Assembly (NCBI GenBank): GCA_013265495.1
Contig: MU057809.1
Location: 498,001-558,000 of the forward strand
DNA from: Vicugna vicugna
Lineage: Eukaryota
Length of the DNA: 60,000 nt
Direction: 5' to 3'
The translations under genes and the position numbers were made by a program. Positions 47,460 through 60,000 of this stretch are shown here, one piece after another (positions within the stretch are counted from its first letter, which is position 1; each line of letters starts with the position of its first letter). The notes under the pieces are model-generated. The model worked only from the letters and a program-made list of their open reading frames with translations. It was not told where the DNA came from and searched no databases.

Positions 47460-47609
47460 CTGGTCTGCCCTGGGGAGGGGCTCTCTCCTCCTTCCAGCTC
47501 TGAGCAGGGCCTTCCTGCTCCACGGGCTCAGGCCGAAGCCAGTTGCCAGAAACGTCCAGGCTGGCAGGGACTGTCAGCTTCCTGCGGCGGGAGGCGGAGG
47601 GGGACGTGG
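47460..47609 (-). CDS. MICALL2: MICALL2 exon 10 (150 bp: [29 protein letters not shown]...PQGRP)
   Basis: Acceptor gggcag|CC, donor CAG|gtcagc; phase 1 in and out. Confidence 0.92.
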
Positions 47610-48067
47610 CTGCCCGCGGGTGGGAGACAGAGCTGCGTGTCAGGCCAGCAGGCCCGGTGCCCTCTCCTCACTGCCTCCCTGAGCCTGGCCCACCCGAGGG
47701 ACCTCATCATGGGGATCGGCCCACACAGCCTGTACCCACATTCTGCCCACTCGGGTTGGGGGGGTACAGGGGCAGAATCCTGACTCTCGATGGCCCAGGC
47801 AACGAGCCCACTGGGTTGGTGACCTGCTCAAGGTCACAAGGAAGGAACATGGGGGCAGGACATCCAGGGGCGACTGAGAGTGCTGGGGACAGACACGCAC
47901 ACTGACACGTGCCCATGTACAGGTGCACATACGCACACATTACACACAGACACCCACCTGGGACCACCAGCTCCTCTGGCTGAGCAGGGCCACTGCCCCC
48001 AGGAGAGGACCCCCAGATGCAGGCTGCCCGGCTAGGGAGGGCCAGATGGGCTTCTGTCCAGCCTTAC

Positions 48068-48225
48068 CTGAGAGGCTGGCCCCGGTGCCAGCCCGGCCCG
48101 GTGTCCTGTCCACCTGCACTGGGGTCAGGGTGATGCAGACAGCCCCCTCGGAGCTCCGGGAGACCTGGGTCGTGTCACTCGCCCGGGGCTCTCCCAGGAC
48201 CTGTGGCTCCTTCTGCTCCAGGGCC
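48068..48225 (-). CDS. MICALL2: MICALL2 exon 9 (158 bp: ALEQKEPQVLGEPRA...VCITLTPVQVDRTPG...SLS)
   Basis: Acceptor gtccag|G, donor CAG|gtaagg; phases 2 in, 1 out. Confidence 0.92.
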
Positions 48226-49142
48226 CTGGACGGAAGGTGGGAGGTCAGTGGAGGGCGGACAGGCCTCCCTGCACCCCGGCACAGACAAGCCGGAGGGACG
48301 TGTGCCAGCCCGGAGGAAGGAGCTAGACGCCCGTGGGCTCATGTCCCTGAGCGGCTCACTCTGCAGCACAGGGGCGTGCCGACGTGGGTGTGAGCTCGGG
48401 CTCAGGTGCCCACAGCTGATGCCCACACGGCCACAGACCCCTCCCCACCGCCAGGCCCCCGAGTGTGCAGCCCCGCAACCCGCAACCCGCCCACATGTGC
48501 CGGACTGCGGCGGGAACCCAGGGTGGCCGCCCACACAGGTGGCCCCAGACCAACACACCCAGCCTGCAGGGTGGGCTCGAGCGCCCGCCTGACCCTGGCC
48601 GGGGCAGCCTCGTCCACGGAAGGCTGCAGGGGCCCTCCCCCTCCTTGTCCTGACTGAGCTTTCTGTGGGGGCTGCCCCTGCCCCACCGCCAGGCCCACCA
48701 GCAGGCGGGGGTCCCAGCGGGCTCCAGGATCAGGCGGGGTGGGCGCCCGCCAGCAGGTGTGCTCACTCCTGGGCCTCCAGACTGGGTCAGAGGGAGGATC
48801 CCGGGGGGCCTGCTGGACCCTCCCTGCACTACCTGGCCTCCCCAGTGCAGTTACGGGGAAACACGGCCCCGCGTCTCGCAGGCCGGCGTGAGCTGTCCTG
48901 TCGCTTAGACCAGCATGAGCTAGCTCTTGCTTCTACAGCTGACACGTACGGGAGACACGCACACATCCCTGCTGGGGGCGCCAGCGGGTCAGTGCGGGCA
49001 CTGTTATTCACCTGCAAGCATTTGTTAAACGCCTACTGTGTGCCGGGCCCTGTGCTTGCCCTGGACGCAGGCTCCTGCGAGCCCAAACCCACAGCCCAGG
49101 CGTAGGGCCAGCGCCCCCAGGAGCCCCCGCCCCGCCCCTCAC

Positions 49143-49236
49143 CTCTCAGTGGGGCTCTTTTTCTCCACAGGCTTCAGGCGGGCCCTCCATCCTGCCGGCC
49201 CGTCCTCCTGGCCACCCTGGGAGCTGGTGCTCGAGC
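49143..49236 (-). CDS. MICALL2: MICALL2 exon 8 (94 bp: GSSTSSQGGQEDGPAGWRARLKPVEKKSPTER)
   Basis: Acceptor acccag|GC, donor AG|gtgagg; translated by hand. Confidence 0.93.
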
Positions 49237-50140
49237 CTGGGTGGGGGTGAGGTGGGAGAAGCTGGGGAAGGCAGCACCTCGCCCATCCCTGGGTCCTGTC
49301 ACCATCCCCCCTCACGTAGCCCCACAGCCAGTCGGGCCCCCGGGAAGCAGCACTGGTTGAGTCAGGGACGGGAGCTCCAGCCAGCCCCTGTGCTGTGTGT
49401 GCCTGGGGGATTCACTGCCCCTCTCTGGGCCTCAACTGCCCCTGCCGCCAAACAGGCGAGGGTGTGACAGGCTGAGCCCTAGGGGCACTGACTGTCTTGT
49501 GTGTGCGGGTTGACCGGGGGCCACCTGCAGGCCTCCTGGGCTCAGGGCAGAGTGGCCTTCAGGGTGGGGGCTCAGCTGAGGGAATGAGGGTGGGAAGAAT
49601 GCTTTGCGAGGTGTCTCTGAGCCAGCTCGGGGATGTCGCGGGTGCCCCTGAGAGGCAGCCCGGCGCCCAGAAAAAGCCGGCTGCGTGGTTCTGCAGAAAA
49701 GTGTGCAGAACAGTCCTGGAAGCTCGAGGCCAGTGCAGCCGGGGACTCCGGGGTGGGGCAGGGAGGCACCGGGGCCTCTGGAGCTCAGGCCACCGTCGTC
49801 AGGACAGGGCAGTCGTGACAGACCCGCAGGGACAGTGGCCGCAAACCCCACGGGAGGTGGGGAGAACCTGCAGAGCGGGGCAAAGAGGGCTCGCCTGCCT
49901 GGTGCTGTCAGCGGAGAGCAGCGGCGTGGCGGGGGCTGGCGGGTGGGACGATGGTGACACAGGAGGACAGATTCCCAGAGTGGGACCCCGGGAGCCAGAC
50001 TGTGGGACAGCAAATCACAGAACTGCAGGCCAAAAGCAGAGTGGCCACGACACCCAGCAAGAGCCTAGGTGCAGCAACATCACAGAGCAGCAGCCCCTGG
50101 CACTGCCCCCCACCACTGCTACCATTTTAGGGGCTCTTAC

Positions 50141-50409
50141 CTTTAGCCGGCGGGGCCTCCGGCTTCGGCCTGGAGCCAGCACCTGCCCTGACAGCCCCTG
50201 AGGACACAGCCAGGCTCTTCTTGCCCACCTGGGGTGGCGGGGATGCCCGGGAGGGGCTACTGACACCCAGTGGGGCTGGTGGCTCAGTCCTCGCAGCGGG
50301 GCTGAGGGCCTGGGGGGATACTGACTGTGCCAGCTTGGCGGCTGGACTCACTCCTTGCCCTTCAGTTCTGGGGAGGGAGTTCGGAGCAGGAGAGGTGGCC
50401 AGGGAGGGC
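50141..50409 (-). CDS. MICALL2: MICALL2 exon 7 (269 bp: RPSLATSPAPNS...GAGSRPKPEAPPAK)
   Basis: Acceptor gcacag|G, strong donor AAG|gtaaga; reading through the donor hits TAA at 50127-50129; phase 1 exit fits exon 8. Confidence 0.9.
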
Positions 50410-51173
50410 CTGTGCAGGAGAAAGCAAGCATCAGGAGTGGGTGGATCCAGGAGCCCCCTTTCACCTTGACCCCCGGGTAGAAGCCCATCAGTGCCCCCCA
50501 GCAGCTGGTTCCCAATGCCCACCCTCCTGAGGGAGGGAGATCACCCCTCTGCTCACACGGGCACACCAGCACCTGCTCTTACCCTCCTGTTTAACTCCAG
50601 GGTCAGCTGACATTAAAACGCCCCCAAAACCCACCAGGCGTGGGGTGTGCGGGTGCGGGCCACAGCCCTAGTCACCCCCTCCTGCGCCCACCCACCTGGA
50701 AGCAGCGGGGACTTCACAGTGGAGATTGCACTCCACCCTGAGACACGCGCAAGGCCGGCACACGGGCCAGCCTACACCCCCTCAGGCGCGGGCCCAGCGG
50801 GGCCCAGGGCACCGCCCCAAACCAGGCCAGGTCCTCTGTGTGCCCCCGCCCCTCCTGTAGCCAAGTTCTCCACCCCCTGCTCGTCCCCTACTCCAGGCTG
50901 GCTCCCCAGAGGAGCTGGTCCCCACCCCCGCCAGACGCGTCCTCAGGGAGTGCTCCCCTGAGAGTCCTCATCCGGTCTCGCCCCCAAGAACCTTGGACAC
51001 CCCCTAGTGCTGGAGTGGCCAGGTGGGTCGGCTCTCCCCAGCCCTGAGCCCACCCTGGGAGCCCCGGGTGATGGGGCAGGGGTCAGGCAGCTGTCAGCTG
51101 GGGACACCCCCAAGCAAGTGGGTGCAGCCTTGGTGGCCAGACTGGTGTGGAACCTCCCTGCTGGCTGGGCAGC

Positions 51174-51570
51174 TGTTGGGGAGTGAATGGTGTCCCCCCC
51201 AAATCCACACCCACCCAGAAGCTCAGAGCGGGACATTTGGAAGCAGGCTCTTTGCAGGTATAATCAAGTTAGGATGAGGTGGTCCTGGATGAGGGAGGCC
51301 CTCAGTCCAGTGACAAGAGTCCTTGTAAGAGAGAAAAGTAGAGGACAGACACAGGGCGGAGGCCGTGAAGACAGAGCAGAGACGGAGCCAAGGACACAGG
51401 AGCCCCAGGAGCTGGAGGAGGCAGGAGGCAGCCCCCTGAGCGCCTTCGAGGGGACGGCCCTGCCCACACCCGGAGCTCAGCCTTCTGGCCTCCACAACTG
51501 CAAAGGGACAGAGGTCTCGTTTTAGCCACCTGGCCCGCGGTACTTGTCCAGCAGCCCCGGGACACTAACA
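51174..51570 (+). mobile_element. MaLR solo LTR (MLT1B/C-like) in MICALL2 intron 6
   Basis: tgttggggagtgaatggtgtccccc...ctttgcaggtataatcaagttaggatgagg...ttctggcctcca...gacactaaca. Confidence 0.8.
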
Positions 51571-52020
51571 CGGTGACCCTCCTCCATCCTGGCACACTGT
51601 CCGCTCCCTGTCCAGCGGGCAGAAGGCACATCAGTGGGCAGGGAAGGCTCAGACCCCGTTCGAGTCAGACAAGCCAACACTCCTCCACTCACAGCCTCCG
51701 TTTCCCCATCTGGGAGGAGGGTGTCCACGTGTAGGACTCAGCGTGTGACACACGGCGCCCCTGGGCAACAGCGTCAGTGATACAGTGACAGCCTCGTCCC
51801 CTCCCGCTGGCCCCTGGGCACTCCAGACCCCCAGGCTCATTCTCCGTATTTCCCAGACAAGGAAACTGAGGCAGGGAGCGTGCAGCCCAGCCGTCACACA
51901 GCCAGGCAGGGGCAGAGGCCAGAACCCCTCCCCAGCCACCCCAACCCCTCTGGCCTCCTGGGGCCCTGGAAGCTGCTGGGCGGGTGGGGGCCGCACCCAA
52001 GTCCCACCTCTTCCACCCAC

Positions 52021-52791
52021 CTGCCAGGTGCGTGAGTGCCAGCCTCCCTGCACTCTGGAAGGGCTTTCCGGAGGATGCTCAGTGCCTGCTCCCTACTGCC
52101 GTCCCTGGAAGGTGTATTTGCTGCAGCTGGGACCCTGCCGGCCGGGCCAGGGCCGGGGGCGGCTCCAGGCTTCTGGAAGAACCTCTCCCGGGCCTGCTGC
52201 GTCCTGGAGGACGACGGGGTCCAGGCCGGGGCATTCGCAGGGACTGGAGACGCTGGTCTTGAACCGACCTTGGTCTGGGGGGCTGCCACTTGAGGGGCTA
52301 CCCGGCCTGGAGGTGTGGCCGGGCGAGGGTCCAGGACACTCGGGGTTGTGGCAGGACGGGGGCTGCCTGCCAGTGACGACCACCCTGTCAGGGAACTCTT
52401 GGTCACAGGAGTGCTGGCTTTGCCACCCACAGGGGCCGCCGAGAAGCTGGGCCCAGCTGGGCTCCCTGTGTGGGCTTGGGGAGAGGTGGCCAGAGGGTCA
52501 GCTGCAGCCGGAAGGAACCCTTTGGCAGTGGAGTTGCCCACCTTGGGCTCCCACGCAGCCGGCCTGGCCTTTGGCCCTGCATCTCTCTGCCTGCTCGCCT
52601 CCTGGGTCTTCCTTGGGGTGCCAGGGGGCTTGGAGTCCGTGGGGACGGCCCTGGGCTGCCCAGGGGACAGTCCCGGCAATGCAGGGCTGGCAGAGGCGGC
52701 TTCAGGGTGGTGGCTGGTGCAGATGAAGACGCCGGGCTCCCCCGTGGCCCTGTAGGCCCCTGAGTGCAGCGTGTTGGAGCACTGCTTACAC
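52021..52791 (-). CDS. MICALL2: MICALL2 exon 6 (771 bp, LIM second half CKQCSNTLHSGAYRATGEPGVFICTSH plus Pro-rich linker)
   Basis: Acceptor ccccag|G, donor AG|gtgggt; contains WTPSSSRTQQARERFFQ; open frame, phase 2 in and out. Confidence 0.94.
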
Positions 52792-53046
52792 CTGGGGGCG
52801 GGCAGGGAGACCAGAGGCGCTCCAGCCGCGTGCTAGCTCATTCTGGCTTCCCCAGAGCACACACCCTGGATCCTGCAGCCCCTCAGGTGGTTGGTGATTC
52901 ACTCAACAAACACTTCCTCTCCCAGTTGTTAATCCTTCAGTCGCAGCTTCCCCCATGGCCCTCGTTAGGGGTGCGGACACCCGGGAAGTGCTCGTACCGG
53001 TCAGCAGGCACACGTGCGCACGCACACACTCGCACACGGGACCCAC

Positions 53047-53162
53047 CTGAAGCAGCCCCGGTGGTAGAGCCGCCCGTCTGCCAGGTGCCGCTGCACCAGG
53101 TGCACGTGCCGGCCGCAGACCCCGCAGGCGCTGTTCACGGAGCTGACCGCTGAGGCCTGGCC
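53047..53162 (-). CDS. MICALL2: MICALL2 exon 5 (116 bp, LIM domain first half: [27 protein letters not shown])
   Basis: Acceptor cccaag|GGC, donor AG|gtgggt; CxxC...HxxC zinc ligands intact. Confidence 0.96.
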
Positions 53163-53786
53163 CTTGGGAGGGGGTGCCGGTGACGTGTCTGAGCTGCGCT
53201 GCGTCACGTCCGCCCCGGCTTCCCTCCTGACAGCAGCCGTCAGCGGGCGGGAAGAGCCCACCTTACAGACCGGAGGCCAGAGGCTCCCAGAGGAGGCTTA
53301 CGCCCAGGAGGGCTGGACTCCGAGTTCAGGGTCTCTAGCCTGGCCCAAAGGGAGGGAACTGGGGGCTGACCTGAGGGTCTCGGGGGGCCAGGAGACACAT
53401 TGTGGCATCTCCCGTTCCTGTCCAAAGGTACAGAAATCCAACCAAATTCCCAGCACCCCTGGAAGGCCTGGGGGACATCATCACCCCATCCTCAGCCTCC
53501 ACCTCTGAAAAGTGGGGCAACCCTCCCTCCCTGTGCACAGCTGGCCGGGGGGTAAAGGACATGCACACGCTGTCCCTTGGCCCCACCTGGGAGGGAGGGG
53601 CCAGAGGCAAGAGACTTGCTTGGAACCCAGAAAGGTCTGGGCTCGGCCAGTGTGGCCTCCCTGGCCTCAGTTTAGCCGTCTGTATGCCTGCAGGATTGAA
53701 GGAGCTCGGGGAGCCAGTTCAGGGGACAGCTGCGGCCATGCCCGGAACTCAGGGGGACCCTGTCCCACCCTGGGCACTGTGGTTTA

Positions 53787-55157
<1,371 letters not shown>

Positions 55158-56035
55158 TCAAGAGACCCACTTGAGGTTCATGCTCCGCTTGGCCTCCTGG
55201 CCTCAGCTTTCCTGTCTGTCCAGTGGGGATCACACCCGACCACAGGACTGAAGGAGGCGGGGAGCCAGTCCCGGTGCAGCAGCTGAGGCTGTGCCCAGGG
55301 CCAGAGGGGCCCCAGCCCATCTCAGGCTACTCGTCCCAGAGACTTCAGCCCCACGTCACTGCTGAGACCCCTTCAACCACCCCTACACTCTTGAATCTGC
55401 ACATCCCTGCTTGACACCAACCTTATACGCATGGTCGGGGGCAGCTTTCTCCAGCCAACAGGGGACACCTATGTCCTAGGAGCCGAAGCCCGGGGGAAGG
55501 GGAGTGGACTTGGGGGCTGAGACAGCGACACAGGCTGGGCTGGGCCCCCCGGGCCCTGACATGTGTGCTCCCTGCCCAGGACGGCGGCCTCTGGTTCTGC
55601 CCCCACTGCTCTGCGCGTGGGCGTGGGGCTCCACCCTCCTCTCCCCGCACCAACCCTGGCTGGCCCAGCCAGGCCTTTAAACTCCATCCCTCCCCTGACT
55701 TTGCCCAAATCTCCATCTCGAGCTGCCCCCTAGACTACCACGACCCCGACATGGAGGAGCGACAAGAACACCTCCACTGTCGTGTGTTCCAGATGAGGCT
55801 CCTGGGCCCCAGGCCCGCAGTCCTCCCGGCAGCAAGCACTCCTCTATGCCTAGAACAAAGCCTCGCATCACCTTCGTCTCCTTCACAACGCATCCGCAGC
55901 CTGACTCCTTCCACTGCGCCCACACACCCTGCTTCCTGCACGGACCCCGTGGAACCGGCAGCAGCTCCCAGCAGAGCACCCTTCAGAGATGAAGCCAAGT
56001 CCTTCCCACAGCCTGGCCTCTCCTCACACCCCGCT

Positions 56036-56085
56036 CCAGCCTCCCCTCCCTCTGTGCCAGCCTCCCCTCCCCCTGTGCCAGCCTC
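56036..56085. repeat. 21-bp tandem repeat, ~2.4 copies
   Basis: ccagcctcccctccc(t/c)ctgtg x2 plus ccagcctc. Confidence 0.85.
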
Positions 56086-56269
56086 ACCCTGCTGTGTTCC
56101 GCTATGTCCCCTGGTGCTGTTTCTCCTACAAGCTCTGTGCCCTGCAGCCCCCTCACCCTGAGACTTTACCTCCCCCGTCCCCTCATGAAAACTGCTCACC
56201 ACGCCCAACACCCCCACCCCCGTTCCCATCCACATGCTGCTACGTGGTCAGCGTGGTGGGACAACTCTG

Positions 56270-56420
56270 TCTTGGGGACGCTGTCCTCCTGTGAGCTGTC
56301 CATGTGCAGCTGGCTAGTTGAGTGCTGGAAATGTGGCTGGTGCGGCTGAGGAAACGAACGTGTTCATTTTATTTCATCTCTGATATGCTGAATTCAAATC
56401 GCCCGCGCCGAGTGGGGCGG
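56270..56420. mobile_element. MER3-like hAT remnant in MICALL2 intron 2
   Basis: ggctagttgagtgctggaaatgtggctggtgcggctgaggaa...ttttattt. Confidence 0.6.
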
Positions 56421-56699
56421 CCCCGGACACGCAGATGTGACCCAGCCCTGCGAAGTGTCAGCTCCTGCGGGCCAGGCGTGCGTCCCGCTCGCAATGTACC
56501 CTGTCCGGAACCGCACCCAGCACACGGCAGGAGTGTGGTGAATATCAGCCGGCCCGGGGTGGAGTCTGCCTTTCTGTGCCTCAGCCCCATGGGATTGAAA
56601 GGGAGCTGGACCCTGGGGGCTCCCCAACCCCTGCCTCTTGTTTCTAGCAGAGCTGCCGTCCCCCAGGCTCCCTGAGTCACAGGAGAGCAGGTCCAGCAG

Positions 56700-57410
56700 T
56701 GGAGGAGGACAAGCTGTAGGCCTGGGAGAGGGTGAGGACTCTGGCCGCCTGTCTCAACGATGAATTTCCCTCTAAGACTTTCATGGCTGAACAGAATCTT
56801 TGAAGATGGTTTTTGGGGAGACGCTGGGTCCACCAGATTGCAGGCATTCTGGTTAAAAGCAACTCTGGCTTTTTGTTACCAAGGCTGTTGCCCCCAGGGT
56901 CATACCCCTGCCCCTCCCTCGACTAGAAACCAGTTACTCTTCTCAAGCCCAGGAGGCAGCTGCAGAGAACAAACAAAAACTAGCTAGAACCCGCCACGTC
57001 GAGCCGGCGGAGGGTCTGACTTCCAGGGACCCAGAGCCTCATCACAGCTCACTGTAAGGTATCATCTAAGTGACACCCCCCAGCGCCGTGCCAGTTGACA
57101 ACTGCCATGACAACCACCAGAAAAGCCCGTACAGGGACCGACAAACTCGAACAAGGACTGACTGGCTCCCTCACACCGGAAGGAGGACACGATGGCAGAA
57201 GCCTCCCACCGAAGCCCAGGTGGCCCGGCCCGGGCGGAGCCCTCCCTGCTGCCCATCCCGGCTGGCGGCTGCCCCCTGGGGCGGCTCTTCCTCCCTCGGG
57301 CACCTTCCTTCCTCTTCCCCTTCTGAGCCGCAGAGCGGCTGTTCACCTTGTCCCTCTGCCTCTGCTGTGCGAATTCTTCCACAGCCACGGCGAGGACCCA
57401 CACTTGGTGG
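56700..57410 (+). mobile_element. Possible ERV1-class LTR remnant
   Basis: gccagttgacaactgccatgacaac and a gaattcttc...cggcgagg 3' segment are reminiscent of MER4-group LTRs; family not identified. Confidence 0.3.
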
Positions 57411-57906
57411 GCATCCTAACTTAGGAGCCCCTCCATCTGCTAACAGAATCATGGAGTCATTTTGCAGCAGGGAAACTGAGGCGGGCACAGGGAGCGGTCC
57501 TGCCACGGGACAGCCAGGGGACAGGACTGGAACCCAAGCCAGCCTGAGCACAGGTCCAACCCAGGACCCACCCACGGGCCCTGCTGTCCCAGAGCTCCCC
57601 TGAACCCTGATCAGCCTTGGGCAGGAAGGAGGGTCCGGTCCTCCCCACCCCATCCCCTGCCCGCCAAGAAAACGCGGGGACCAGGCAGGCCTCGCTACAA
57701 GACCCTTGGGCTGTTCTGGGGACCTGGGGTCACACGGCTTGGGACAGGGTGTGGAGCCCAGTGGCAAGTGCCCGGCCTCCACGTGCCCACCTGCAGACGG
57801 CAGTGATGCCGCGGCCGCCCCCGGGGAGATCGTGCCCACTCAGGTGCCTGGTGAGCAGCCCCTGGGACGTGGGCTGGGGGACGGGGCTGGGAAGGGACAA
57901 ACTCAC

Positions 57907-57955
57907 CAGCTGGTTGTTCTCGAATATGTTTTCCTTCCTGAGAGCATCGAAATTT
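57907..57955 (-). CDS. MICALL2: MICALL2 exon 2 (49 bp, CH domain: NFDALRKENIFENNQL)
   Basis: Acceptor tccag|A, donor CTG|gtgagt; translated by hand; entry phase 2, exit phase 0. Confidence 0.93.
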
Positions 57956-60000
57956 CTGGAAAGTCAAAACACACGTGTCAGAAGCGGCTCAGAGGCCGAG
58001 AAGGGAGGGGTCGGAGGGCCCAGAGCTCATCTTGCCAGATGGGAAAATGGAGGCCAGTTGGGGGCGGGAAGGAAAGAGGTCTCATGGCGACCGAGGGCTG
58101 GCAGGGCCGGGCACTGCGCCACAGGCTCTGGCCCTGCCCCAGGCCCGGGGATGTGGCCCAGCGCCTGCAGTGCCCGGGCACCCACGGCCCACGCAGGCCC
58201 TTGCAGCTGCAGCGTGCAGCCCTCGCCCTGCGGGGGCCTGACCCCACCACCCATTAGGTGCGGCCAGAACAGGCCCAGGGCGGCAATGCAGGCGGCCCGG
58301 CCAGCGCACTGGGGGGCTGCCTCCTCCGGGCAGCTCACGGACCTGGTGGGTCACGGGAGGCCGTGGGAGGTCCTGGGGGTTGGAGGTTCCCATGGACGGA
58401 GCCCCACGCTGCAGGGCCCTCGCTCCACCCCCGGGTCCCGTCACTCTATTTACCCGGCACCGCCCGAGAGCCCTGCTGCTCTCAGCTCTGTGCAAGTATC
58501 AACCTGCACCTGCAGACGCTGTCAACGCCCACCCCTCATGGATGACATGAAGCACAGAGAGGCGGTGACTTGCCTGAGGTCACACAGCAGGAAGACAGGA
58601 GTCAGAGCCAGGCAATGGCCCCAGTGTCTGGGCATCTGAGGTTCAAACATGCCCACCAGGTGCCCAGCCTCTTCCCAAGGGGGCAGACTCTCAAAGCTGA
58701 GAATATGAGAGCCCCCCGCTGCCCCACCCCTGGGGGCAGAGGCCCCAGGTCCGGCCGGGACAGCAGGCCTTCCCGGAAAGGACAGGAGCGAAGCGATTGT
58801 TCGGAAAGGAGGAGAGGCTGGCGCCAGCCCCAGGCGGGTCCCGGGACCCTGCGCACGCACCCAGCACAGCACAGCCGGACCCCGCGGGCGTCCAGGACCC
58901 ATGTCTCCAGGAGGGCTGGTTAAATATCCATCTGCCTGCCTGTCCACATGCTGGATGGGAGCCATGCCCCTTCAGGGTGAGCCAGACTGTTCCAGAAGCC
59001 TCGTGGGACCCAGGAGAGCGCAGGCAAGAGCGACCCAACTCATTCAGGTGGCACCGTCTGACCCCGGGCGAGCCCCCTCTCCTCCTGGGGCCTCGGGTCC
59101 CTGTCTAATGGGTGAGCACTGCTCCCCGTGGTGACTTTGAGGGTGCTGTCTCAAGAGCAGGCAGGTCTCAGAGTGGGGAGCTGAGACCCTTCGGCCACCC
59201 AGCACTGACCCCTAACACCCCTGGGAGGCCTATTACACAGATGAGGAAACTGAGGCCCGAGGCAGCAGCCAGCCCCTGGCCACACTCTGGGGCTGCAGTC
59301 GCCCACCTCCCTCCTCGGGGGCCTCGCGGGCCTCAAGAGCTGCTCCGCAGCCTGCCTGGCTCTTCGGGAAACGGTTTCCGCCTGGACCACCTCCCAGGTA
59401 ACGTGTTCCAGATGCTGGGATCGCCCCAGGGGGACAGAGGGTGCTTTGTGCCCAGGCCAGGAGGGGGCAGACCTGTCTGCGGGGAACAAATGACCAGAGG
59501 AGCAGGAGGGGGCATGGCCACCCAACACCCACCAGGGTCCACGGGCCCGTGGAGTGGCTGGTCTCCGTCCATCACCCAGGGGCTGTCAGGCACGCTGGTC
59601 CCCCTGTCCTCAGCGTCCACGGGCTCAGGAGCCCCTCCCCCAACCACCCCTTTGAAAGCTCAATCTCTTTTCCAGACCTGCCCGGGGTCACTGACCGAAA
59701 CGGCCGAGTCCTCAGGAGGATGCCCGGTGCGGGAGGGCCGGATAACAAGTTCTGTTTTGTCTCCAAACAAGCAAGAGAAGGAAGCCCCCTGCCCCCTGCG
59801 TTGGCCTCGGTCCACCCCTGGGGCTACAGAGACCCCATCCTGTGATTCAGGGCAGCCAGCTGCCCGTAGGGCCCTCTCTCCCTGCAAAGCTGGAGTGAGG
59901 GCCTCAGAGCTCAGGGTAGATCAGGCACCCATGAAAGCAGTGCCAGCCCCCTGAGCAGGGTCAGAGGTATGCAGGCCAGAAGTTGCAGAACTGCCCTCCA

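Noticed and set aside
51785..52726. 313-aa plus-strand ORF
   Set aside because: Antisense shadow of the GC-rich MICALL2 exon 6.
57617..58639. 340-aa plus-strand ORF
   Set aside because: Antisense to exon 2 and intron 1; compositionally random.
58000..60000. MICALL2 exon 1 and promoter
   Set aside because: No MAAI(R/K)ALQQWC-type coding sequence or clear CpG-island promoter found; exon 1 must lie beyond the window.

Overview
GC-rich mammalian genomic DNA, most likely a camelid (alpaca, llama or camel), judged from a tRNA-derived SINE of the camelid vic-1 type at ~17.3 kb and an artiodactyl-type L1 3' end at ~18.9 kb. The right ~16 kb holds MICALL2 (MICAL-like 2/JRAB) on the minus strand. I reconstructed coding exons 2-17 by hand: all have canonical GT-AG junctions, compatible phases and an open frame (2548 nt from exon 2 to TAG at 43954-43956), followed by AATAAA at 43868-43873. 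Exon 1 lies beyond the right edge. The left ~43 kb contains no protein-coding gene I can support. It is a gene desert of ancient repeats (MIR, L2, L1M, MLT1 LTRs, MER3/MER33) punctuated by about ten non-repetitive, TAAT-dense AT-rich islands that look like conserved developmental enhancers; by recalled human 7p22.3 synteny the neighbour on that side is the homeobox gene UNCX. It also contains an orphan CpG-island-like segment and three strong co-oriented CTCF motifs. The most unusual observation is a minisatellite made of 12 extra copies of the exon-15 splice donor (CAG|GTGAG) directly behind the true donor, where use of any copy gives an immediate in-frame TGA. I see no prokaryotic-type system such as CRISPR or an operon, and most ORFs in the track are GC-content artefacts. 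Repeat boundaries and families are by-eye and approximate; comparisons to human sequence are from memory.
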